A stretch of 34,175 nt of DNA. Origin: an uncultured Collinsella sp. Its GTDB lineage: Bacteria; Actinomycetota; Coriobacteriia; Coriobacteriales; Coriobacteriaceae. Positions 25,118 to 32,858 of the stretch are shown in pieces (within the stretch, counting starts at the first letter, position 1; the number at the start of each line of letters is the position of its first letter). The position numbers were made by a program, and so were the translations under genes. The DNA lies in assembly GCA_902494855.1 (NCBI GenBank), contig CABUVC010000001.1, positions 1 through 34,175 of the forward strand. Reading direction: 5' to 3'. The notes below the pieces were generated by a model, which searched no databases, was not told the DNA's origin, and saw only the letters and a program-made list of their open reading frames with translations.

Positions 25118-27613
25118 CTATTCGCTACCGTCCCCAGCGTTTTTGCGGTCACTGGCAAGCATTGCTGCGCCGGCGACCGTCGTCGCCATGGCGGCAGCGG
25201 CGAGCCCGGCGGCAATGCCGGAGCCGTCGCCCGTGTCGGCGAGTTTTCCGCCCGAGCCCTTGCCCTTGTTGCCCTTACCATTCTTATCAGCGCTGCCTGC
25301 GTTGGAGCCCGTGCTGCTGCCGGTGCCGGCGCCGCCTGCACTGCCCGAGGCCGCTACGGTAAAGCTTGCGGCTCCGTCGCTGGCGAGCGTGTAGTTCTGC
25401 GCCGCGTCGCCCAAGAGACCGTTCACGCGCACCCAGTACGTTCCTGCGGCAAATGTTTCGCCCTCGGCCATTGCTGTGCCCGGAGCGCCGTTCGCGCCGT
25501 GCATAAACTCGAGCTGGGCCGTGCAGGCATCGGTTTCGAGCTTGCCCTCGAGTGATGCCGCAATCTTGGCGCGCACGTCTTCGCCGGCCTTAAGGCCTTC
25601 GAGTCCCTCAAAATGGGGCGTCAGCGCGCGTGGATCGATATCGATGGGCACAGAGCCCTGCAGCCCCGTAACGGTCTCGTTGCCCAGGGCGTCGACATCC
25701 ACGTATTCAATGGCAAACGCATGGCCCGAAGCTGTCGCGTTGAGCGCGTTGCTGCTGTCGGCAAGGCGGAAATGACCCTCGCCAACGGTCTTGCCATCCT
25801 GGAATGAGGCATCGCTCAGCGAGTCGCCGTACGTCATGCGCATGCGGGTCGGGAGATAGTACGGGAGATAGTACGAAGCCGTCTGCTTGTGTTCCGTATC
25901 GTAATTGCGCTGATAGATGCTCCGGGCCAGCGCCGCATCAACAAAGTCGGATGCGATGATGCCAATGTGCTTGAGGTAATCTGACTTTGTATCCTCGAGG
26001 CCGCTGGGATTGATGTACGGGCTCTTATACAGATGCTCGTTGACTACTCGTGCCGAGGTAAAAGGATTGCCTCCGTGCGACAAGCCCGTGCAGCTGGTGT
26101 AGTTGATAGACCAGCAACGCTCCAGGACTTTCTCCTTGGCCCCGTTATCGTCCTCGACATCTACCTCGTTGCGCGTGCGCCCGGACGTTTCCTTCAGCGC
26201 ATTATCGACCCAGCTGAGCTTGTCGGTTCCCGTGAGTTTGTACTTGTCCTGGGCGTATACCTTGGTGCAATAGGGCTCTTTGTCGCCTGTTTCCCCCGCG
26301 GCTTCAAAGCCCCGCGCGTCTTGGACGAGACACATAGTGGCGCTGTCGGAGTGAGCCTTGATCTTGTCATCCCATTCGGTAAGGTCGAGGCCCCACGTGT
26401 GGCCGCTTACACTGTTGCCCGCGAGCCTAAATCGACGCAGCAGAACGATCTTTCCGCGAACCTCGCCCAGCGTGGGGACATGGCTCGACGTGTAGAACAG
26501 ATCGGGATTATCGCCCATAACCTTGGCGAAAGCCGTCGTAACACTGTCATCGGTAGCCTCGTCGTTGCCTCGTGATACAAGCATGATGAGCGCTTCTGTC
26601 GGGTTTTCGTTCAAAAACGTTTTGAAGTAGCCTATGACATCGGAAAGATGCATAAAGTACGCGTCTTTTTTGAGCAGGTAGTAATCCCCGTGGTCGATAC
26701 CGGGGTTGTCGCCCTTTCCGAGCCGGATATCAAAATAGCGAATGCCTTCGAGCAACTGCGTGGGAATGTAATCCTGCTGGCATTTTACTTGCGAGGATTG
26801 GGGCTCGGTGTCGTTGTCCACGCTACAGGTGCCCGAATCGTGCGTACCCGGGATGCTCAGCTCGTCGAGGAACTTGTTGTCGTCGACGTATTTCATCCAA
26901 CATGGCCCATCGACGTAGCTGCTGTACGTGATCCAGTCGAGGCTGCTAACCGTGGCATCGTTCTTTTTCATGTCGTAACCGATAAGTTCGAGCTCCCACG
27001 GAATGCTCTTACTCTTATGGCAGATCTTATTGTTGTCCTGGTCTTCGCCGTTCGATTCTATTGCCAGGTACTTAATGTCTTTTTTCTCGGTTTCTTTCTC
27101 GACCGTGCGGTCTCGGATGATATAGGTTCCGTTTGATTGACGCTCGAACGCAAAAGAGCGGCTGGGCTTGCCGTCATGCTCGCCACTCCATACGTGGATG
27201 ACCTTTCCGTCTTTGTCCGAGTCGCCATCGACCGACCAAATGCTGTAGCCCGTCTTTTTATGCTCTTCGAAATTGAGCAAGGTGCGGATAGCATACCAGT
27301 TTGTATCGTCATTCTTGGTCGTTACGTTCTCAAGGATGAGCTTGCTGGACGTGCCGTCATTAAACAGATGGCAGACGTTGCCGATGACGTTGCCGTCTTC
27401 GTTAACGCTTGCGGTACGAAAATAGCCCGCGGGGCGAAGGCGAATGACGAAATTGTCGAGGCTGACCGACGCTGTGGCAGCGTCGTCTGCAAATGCCGCT
27501 CGTGGGCCAATGCCCAATGCCGCGGTTTCGGGCAGGCTTGCAAGTGGCGACAACGCCGCGAGTCCAAGGCCCAACGTAAATGCTCGGCGGCTGATGGCGT
27601 GGTGTTCGGTCAT
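25118..27613 (-). CDS. Tat-signal, ricin-like, phosphatidylinositol-specific phospholipase C domain protein with sortase anchor
   Basis: SRRAFTL twin-arginine signal. PI-PLC motifs WM...LSIPGTHDS, CQ...I..QL..GIRYFDIR, DHG, PTLGEVRGKIVLLRRF, QDKY, IIASDF. C-terminal LADTG, hydrophobic helix and RK tail. Confidence 0.88.
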   Translation of the reverse strand: MTEHHAISRRAFTLGLGLAALSPLASLPETAALGIGPRAAFADDAATASVSLDNFVIRLRPAGYFRTASVNEDGNVIGNVCHLFNDGTSSKLILENVTTKNDDTNWYAIRTLLNFEEHKKTGYSIWSVDGDSDKDGKVIHVWSGEHDGKPSRSFAFERQSNGTYIIRDRTVEKETEKKDIKYLAIESNGEDQDNNKICHKSKSIPWELELIGYDMKKNDATVSSLDWITYSSYVDGPCWMKYVDDNKFLDELSIPGTHDSGTCSVDNDTEPQSSQVKCQQDYIPTQLLEGIRYFDIRLGKGDNPGIDHGDYYLLKKDAYFMHLSDVIGYFKTFLNENPTEALIMLVSRGNDEATDDSVTTAFAKVMGDNPDLFYTSSHVPTLGEVRGKIVLLRRFRLAGNSVSGHTWGLDLTEWDDKIKAHSDSATMCLVQDARGFEAAGETGDKEPYCTKVYAQDKYKLTGTDKLSWVDNALKETSGRTRNEVDVEDDNGAKEKVLERCWSINYTSCTGLSHGGNPFTSARVVNEHLYKSPYINPSGLEDTKSDYLKHIGIIASDFVDAALARSIYQRNYDTEHKQTASYYLPYYLPTRMRMTYGDSLSDASFQDGKTVGEGHFRLADSSNALNATASGHAFAIEYVDVDALGNETVTGLQGSVPIDIDPRALTPHFEGLEGLKAGEDVRAKIAASLEGKLETDACTAQLEFMHGANGAPGTAMAEGETFAAGTYWVRVNGLLGDAAQNYTLASDGAASFTVAASGSAGGAGTGSSTGSNAGSADKNGKGNKGKGSGGKLADTGDGSGIAAGLAAAAMATTVAGAAMLASDRKNAGDGSE
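25850..25873 (-). repeat. Perfect 12-bp tandem duplication (YYLP-YYLP)
   Basis: CGGGAGATAGTA x2 on the + strand. Confidence 0.9.
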
Positions 27614-27812
27614 AACTTCTCCATTCGTAGGGTTCGGTTATGCGATAGTTTTGGTCACTATACTGCTCAGATGTTTAAAGATGCTGGTTTAATTGTCTGC
27701 GCGGCACAATAAATCGGCGGGCGGACGTGTTGGGGCGTTTGTCGTTTTCGTACTGTTGCCACATTTGGGGCGGTTCCGACGTCCGGCATCCTCGCGTTCG
27801 TCGGCTACCGGC

Positions 27813-27847
27813 ATAAGAAAGGGAGGGTCGGTTTACCGGCCCTCCCT
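27813..27847 (-). terminator. Putative terminator of the lipoprotein gene
   Basis: AGGGAGGGTCGGT-TT-ACCGGCCCTCCCT stem; U-rich tail on the - strand. Confidence 0.6.
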
Positions 27848-27918
27848 GGGTACGAAGCGCTGGGGTACCGTCGCTTGTTTGCACTGCGACCGTGTTTCCC
27901 GTTGCGCTTGCCAGTCGC

Positions 27919-28506
27919 TTAGCGCTTGATCTCGATATCGTCGAGCTTGACGTTCATGGCCTCGGTCTTGGCCTCGGCGATGTCGTCGGCAAATTCCAGA
28001 GACTTCATCATGGTCTCGACGGCGTCCTTGTGTTCCTCGACGTTGTCGATACGCACGTACACACTGCCGCCGTCAACGTCGGTGAAGTATTCGGTCGTTA
28101 CGCCGCCCGAGTGCGTAAAGTAGGCGCTGCGCCAGGTCTTGCCGTTGTACTTAACGGGATCGCTCTCGGTCCATCCGGAGTTGGCCTTCCATTTGGCCTC
28201 GTAGTCGAACAGTTCATCGGCGTTCTTGTCAGAGTCGAAGACGGGGATGAAGCGATCGCTGGCGTGCTCGCTCTCGGTGAACTTAAACTGGGCCCTGTCG
28301 GCGGTGTCGCCTGCGACGTCGGTGATCTCGACGCCCTCGGGGACCTCGACCTTAAACCAAATGAAGTCGGTCCTCATATCCACGGCTGGCTTTTCTGCTC
28401 CACCGCCACTTCCGGTAGCGCCGCCGCTGCCACCGCAGCCCACCAGGGCAAATGCGGCAAAGAGGCTTATGCAGAGGGTGAGAATCGCAAAGGCCTTCTT
28501 TTTCAT
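27919..28506 (-). CDS. Lipoprotein, possibly PsbP/DcrB-like fold
   Basis: GAGGAGG RBS. MKKK + hydrophobic stretch + LVGC lipobox, Gly/Ser linker. FKVEVPEG and C-terminal VETMMKSLEF pattern (fold call is inference). Confidence 0.8.
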   Translation of the reverse strand: MKKKAFAILTLCISLFAAFALVGCGGSGGATGSGGGAEKPAVDMRTDFIWFKVEVPEGVEITDVAGDTADRAQFKFTESEHASDRFIPVFDSDKNADELFDYEAKWKANSGWTESDPVKYNGKTWRSAYFTHSGGVTTEYFTDVDGGSVYVRIDNVEEHKDAVETMMKSLEFADDIAEAKTEAMNVKLDDIEIKR

Positions 28507-28643
28507 GGTCGTGTCCTCCTCGATCTGTAACCGCCCATGGATTACCTGCCTTTACTGTACGCGTGGATGGCTCGCTCGGGTGGGCCATGTGTCCCATTCT
28601 GAGGGCCGGATTTGCGCCGTTAAGTGGCAATATGCACGGGTCC

Positions 28644-28742
28644 AAAAGAGGGGAGGGCCGGTGCTGTCGGCTCTCCCCGGGGTGAGGTGTCCGTTGTTTT
28701 AAAGGGGCGCGTGTACGCGGGCGTTGCCCCAACAGGTTCCTT
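28644..28742 (-). ncRNA. Second candidate small RNA or structured leader
   Basis: GGGCATAT element at 28758-28751, branched stem-loop 28691-28736, then a GC hairpin plus UCUUUU; no gene directly upstream on the - strand. Confidence 0.3.
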
Positions 28743-28966
28743 GTTTATAGATATGCCCCAGTTTGTGACGTCCGGAAGTCCCGAAAGGCGGGCCATGTTT
28801 CCCATGTTTGCGGTGCCGACGCCTATCGTTCGTCATAGAAATCCGCGATGACCAGGTGCGCTGACGCTTATGTACTTATGGGCTAGACTAAGCACCATTA
28901 TGTGATCGATGCGGTCGGTCGGCGGTTGCCGCCCGACCGATGTATATGACTTGAAGGTGCATGCGT

Positions 28967-29599
28967 ATGAGCCAAGAGATGATGGACAAGACCTGCCGCG
29001 GGTTTGCCGAGGCGCTTGCCGCGCGCGAGCCGGTTCCCGGCGGTGGCAGTGCGAGCGCCTTTGTAGGTGCGCTGGGCGCCTCGCTTTGCGGAATGGTTGC
29101 CCGCTATGGGGCGACAAACCCCGCGCTTGCCGATCGCGCAGACGATCTGACGCGCGCGTTTGCCCAGGCAGACGAGTTGGCGCAGGAGCTTGTGGGCCTG
29201 GTTGCCGAGGACGTTCGTGCATACGGCCAGGTATCTGCGGCATACGGTATTCCTCGTGATGATCCGGCTCGAGCGACCGCGATTCAGGATGCGCTGCATG
29301 TGGCCGCTATGCCGCCGTATCGCATTATGGATGCCTGCGGGCGTGCGCTGGCGCTGCTCGAGGACATGGCCGACAAGGGTTCGCGTCAACTGCTGTCCGA
29401 TGTGGCGTGCGGCGCCGTGTTCTGCCGTGCCGCTATGCAGGGCGCGAGTTTGACGCTCTTTGCGAACACCACGTCTATGAAGGATCGCGCTCGTGCTGAG
29501 GAGCTCGAGACGGCGTGTGATGAGTTGCTCGACACATGGTTGCCGCGCGCCGATGCGCTGGCGCGCCGCGCCTCCGACGCTGCAAGGAAGAGAGGATAG
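28967..29599 (+). CDS. fchA: Cyclodeaminase/cyclohydrolase family protein (methenyl-THF cyclohydrolase)
   Basis: F...LA...PVPGGGSASA..GALG..L..MV, L..ED..AY..V..AY..P, G....LSD...G. Lies 2 nt upstream of folD. Confidence 0.88.
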   Translation: MSQEMMDKTCRGFAEALAAREPVPGGGSASAFVGALGASLCGMVARYGATNPALADRADDLTRAFAQADELAQELVGLVAEDVRAYGQVSAAYGIPRDDPARATAIQDALHVAAMPPYRIMDACGRALALLEDMADKGSRQLLSDVACGAVFCRAAMQGASLTLFANTTSMKDRARAEELETACDELLDTWLPRADALARRASDAARKRG

Positions 29600-29601
29600 T
29601 C

Positions 29602-30474
29602 ATGGCTGAACTGCTGAAGGGTGCTCCCGTTGCTCGCGCTTTGACCGTGGAACTTGCTGCTCGCTGCGCAGCCCTGCGCGAGCGGGGCGTTGTTCCGACG
29701 TTGGCTATCGTGCGTGTAGGTGAACGCGAGGACGACCTATCCTACGAGCGCGGTGCGCTCAAGCGCTGCGAAAAAGTGGGGATTGAGGCTCGTCGCGTTT
29801 TGCTTTCTGCCGATGTTACGCAGGACGAGCTGTTGGCGGCCATCGAGGACACCAATTCCGACCCCGCTGTTCATGGTTGCCTGATGTTCCGCCCGCTGCC
29901 CGCCGGCCTTGACGAGGACGCGGTTGCCGCGGCACTCGATCCTGCCAAGGACGTTGACTCCATGACGCCGGCCTCGCTGCTCACCACGCTTTCGGGGCGC
30001 GGCGAGGGTTTTGCCCCCTGCACAGCCGAAGCCGTGCTTGCTCTGCTGGATCATTACGGCGTTGAGCTGGATGGAGCTAAGGTTGCTGTGGTCGGGCGCT
30101 CGCTGGTGATTGGTCGTCCCGTAGCCGCCATGCTTACGGCGCGCAATGCGACTGTGACGACGTGCCATACGCATACGCGCGACCTTGCTGCCGAGTGCCG
30201 TGCTGCCGACATTGTGGTTGCGGCCGTTGGACGCGCGCGCACGATTGGTGTGGACGCGGTTCGCGAGGGCCAGACGATCATCGATGTTGGCATTAACTGG
30301 GATGAGGACGCTGGCAAGCTGGTGGGTGACGTCGATTTTGATGTTGCGGAGCCGGTCGTTAACGCCATCACGCCCGTGCCGGGCGGCGTGGGCGCTGTGA
30401 CGACGGCGATCCTCGCCAAACACGTGATCGAAGCGGCCGAGCGTGCATCGAAATGGGCGTTTTGGGCTGTTTGA
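29602..30474 (+). CDS. folD: Methylene-THF dehydrogenase FolD (predicted monofunctional)
   Basis: GAGGA RBS. P.LAIV.VG, PLP, KDVD, PCTA, VVGRS.VIGRP, ATVT.CH, IDVGIN, GDVDF, ITPVPGGVG. Confidence 0.95.
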   Translation: MAELLKGAPVARALTVELAARCAALRERGVVPTLAIVRVGEREDDLSYERGALKRCEKVGIEARRVLLSADVTQDELLAAIEDTNSDPAVHGCLMFRPLPAGLDEDAVAAALDPAKDVDSMTPASLLTTLSGRGEGFAPCTAEAVLALLDHYGVELDGAKVAVVGRSLVIGRPVAAMLTARNATVTTCHTHTRDLAAECRAADIVVAAVGRARTIGVDAVREGQTIIDVGINWDEDAGKLVGDVDFDVAEPVVNAITPVPGGVGAVTTAILAKHVIEAAERASKWAFWAV

Positions 30475-30488
30475 GGGGTTAGTTCTAT

Positions 30489-30729
30489 ACCCCGTGGACA
30501 AAAAATGCCAAATATGAGTACTGTTGCCAAGATAGTCACATATATTTTAGGTCAAATAGGCTCTCTAACGATATTTATTATCGATAGAGAGCCTATTTTA
30601 TTGGACCTATGAGGAATTACATCATCTAATTTTTGAACAAATGTAGGCTTTCGACACCCATGCGTAGCAAAATTGCTGTTACTAAATTGGTGACAGTACT
30701 CATATTTGGCATATTTTGACCACAGGGGT
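30489..30729. mobile_element. AT-rich ~240-bp MITE-like element with long terminal inverted repeats and an internal palindrome
   Basis: ~42-52 bp imperfect TIRs with a perfect 20-bp core ATGCCAAATATGAGTACTGT (30505-30524 / 30693-30712). Internal IR AAATAGGCTCTCTA/TAGAGAGCCTATTT. No target-site duplication identified. Confidence 0.6.
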
Positions 30730-30810
30730 TGCCAGCGCCGCGGTTTCGCCCTTTCTGCGCCGAAGCGATACACTGTTATCGTTTGATTTCTTCGCTCAAG
30801 GAGGATGCGC

Positions 30811-32334
30811 ATGCCGTGCACAACGATTTTGGTCGGTAAGAACGCGAGCTACGACGGGTCGACGCTGGTCGCCCGCAACGAGGACTCGTCCAACGGGGTG
30901 TTTGAGCCCAAGCGTATGCGCGTGGTGCATCCCGACGAGCAGCCGCGTGCCTACATGAGCGTCCTGAGTCGCCTGACCGTTGAACTGCCCGATAACCCCA
31001 TGCGCTACACGAGCGTCCCCGATGTTGTCCCGGGCCACGGCATCTGGGCCGAGGCCGGTTTCAACGAGCTCAATGTGGGCATGTCCGCAACCGAGACGCT
31101 CACCACCAACGAGCGCGTTCGCGGCGCCGACCCGCTCGTGGACTACGTGCCCGCCAAGGGCAACGAGGGCGAGGACGGATACGTTCCGGCACAGCCCGGT
31201 GGCCTGGGCGAGGAGGACATGGTGACCCTGGTGCTGCCATATGCCAAATCCGCCCGCGACGGCGTACGCATTCTGGGTGACCTGCTCGAGCGCTACGGCA
31301 CTTACGAGAACAACGGCATCGCCTTTAGCGACGTGGACGAGATCTGGTGGCTCGAGACCATCGGCGGTCACCACTGGATCGCCAAGCGCGTGCCCGATGA
31401 CGCCTATGTGACCATGCCCAACCAGCTGGGTATCGACAGCTTTGACCTGGATGACGCCGAGGGCGCCCAGGCCGACCATATGTGCTCCGCCGACCTGCGC
31501 GTCTGGATGGCCGAGTGGCATCTGGACCTGACGCTGGGCGTCGATGGCGACGGCCCGGCTGCGATCTTTAACCCGCGCGAGGCCTTTGGCTCGCACAGCG
31601 ACAGCGACCATGTCTACAACACGCCGCGCGCCTGGTACATGCAGCGCTGCCTCAACCCCAGCGACGTGTGGGATGGCCCCGACGCCGACTTCACGCCCGA
31701 GAGCGACGACATCCCTTGGAGCCGCGTGCCCGAGCGCAAGGTGACCATCGAGGACATTAAGTACGTGCTTTCGAGCCACTACCAGGGCACGGAGTACGAC
31801 TGCTACGGCAGCAAGGGTACGCCCGCCACGCGCGGCGCCTATCGCCCCATCGGCATCAACCGCAACAGCCAGCTTGCCGTGTTGCAGCTGCGCCCCTATG
31901 CGCAGCCGGCCTACCGCGCCGTGCAGTGGATGGCGTTTGGCTCCAACTCGTTTAACGCGCTCGTGCCGCTGTACGCCAATGTCGAGACCATGCCCGAGTA
32001 CTATGCCGACACGCAGTCTCGCGTGACGTCCGAAAACTTCTACTGGGCCAACCGCCTGATCGGCGCGCTGGCCGACGTCCGCTTCCATGAGTGCGGTCGC
32101 GCAGTCGAGGATTATCAGGAGAAGGTCGGTGGCATGGGCCACAAGCAGATCCATGACGTCGATGCTGCCGTAGCCGCTCTGCCTGAGGCCGAGGTACCTG
32201 CCGAACTTGCACGCGCCAATGAGGCCTTTGCCGAGCGTGTTCGCGTAGAGACCGATGCTCTACTGGGTAAGGTGCTCTACACCACGAGCTGTGCCATGAA
32301 GAACTCTTTCGCGATGAACGACAACGTGAGATAG
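30811..32334 (+). CDS. pepD: C69 family dipeptidase (PepD-like, Ntn-hydrolase)
   Basis: AAGGAGG RBS. MPCTTILVGK.AS.DGST..ARNED, MSATET, GTYE.NG, ETIGGHHW, YNTPRAW, LSSHYQGT, RPIGINR. Confidence 0.92.
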   Translation: MPCTTILVGKNASYDGSTLVARNEDSSNGVFEPKRMRVVHPDEQPRAYMSVLSRLTVELPDNPMRYTSVPDVVPGHGIWAEAGFNELNVGMSATETLTTNERVRGADPLVDYVPAKGNEGEDGYVPAQPGGLGEEDMVTLVLPYAKSARDGVRILGDLLERYGTYENNGIAFSDVDEIWWLETIGGHHWIAKRVPDDAYVTMPNQLGIDSFDLDDAEGAQADHMCSADLRVWMAEWHLDLTLGVDGDGPAAIFNPREAFGSHSDSDHVYNTPRAWYMQRCLNPSDVWDGPDADFTPESDDIPWSRVPERKVTIEDIKYVLSSHYQGTEYDCYGSKGTPATRGAYRPIGINRNSQLAVLQLRPYAQPAYRAVQWMAFGSNSFNALVPLYANVETMPEYYADTQSRVTSENFYWANRLIGALADVRFHECGRAVEDYQEKVGGMGHKQIHDVDAAVAALPEAEVPAELARANEAFAERVRVETDALLGKVLYTTSCAMKNSFAMNDNVR

Positions 32335-32433
32335 GGATTTCCCGTCGATCGAATAGCGCTAAAACGCTTTGTCGCTTTCACTCAATCTTGGGTACAAGAA
32401 CGCCAATGCAGTTGTTTGTGATTGGAGATAACC

Positions 32434-32850
32434 ATGGTTATGAAACTCGATCAGCTTGTTAACGGCGCCATTAACGTGGGCTTTGGCGCTGCCGCCGTTG
32501 CTGTCGAAGGCGGCAAGAAGGTCCTCGACGACCTTAACACCAAAGGCGAGCAGGTCCGCAAGGACACCGCCACCCCCGATATCGCCCGCAGCGTGTCCGA
32601 CATGTTCGAGCAGGCCGGCGGTACCATCTCCGATCTGACCGAGCGTCTGGGCGTGCAGGGCGAGACCGCGGCCCAACGCGTGCTCGACGAGCTCATTCTG
32701 GCTCGCGTCCGCGTTATGACCGCGCCCGAGCGTACGGCCTTCCTGGCCCATGTGCGCGACATCGTCGATTCGGTCGAGGACAACGTGACCTCGGTGCCCG
32801 TCGAGTCTGTTGAGGCCGACGATGCGAAGGATACCGAAGAGGCCGAGTAG
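32434..32850 (+). CDS. Phasin-like / PHA-synthesis-regulator-like small helical protein
   Basis: GGAG RBS. G.GAAAVA.E..KKVLDDL..KGE pattern, typical of the small genes found upstream of aarF/ubiB. Confidence 0.6.
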   Translation: MVMKLDQLVNGAINVGFGAAAVAVEGGKKVLDDLNTKGEQVRKDTATPDIARSVSDMFEQAGGTISDLTERLGVQGETAAQRVLDELILARVRVMTAPERTAFLAHVRDIVDSVEDNVTSVPVESVEADDAKDTEEAE

Positions 32851-32858
32851 CAGCGCAG

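Noticed and set aside
23332..28678. Integron cassette array interpretation of the accessory block
   Set aside because: No integrase, no RYYYAAC/GTTRRRY cores, genes have their own promoter-like signals and mixed orientation.
28909..28945. Hairpin in the fchA leader containing GCCGCCCG, reminiscent of the ZTP riboswitch 3' stem
   Set aside because: Lacks the CUGGGC continuation and the upstream GUGACUG...GUGG/CCAC aptamer; better explained as a simple 5'-UTR stem.
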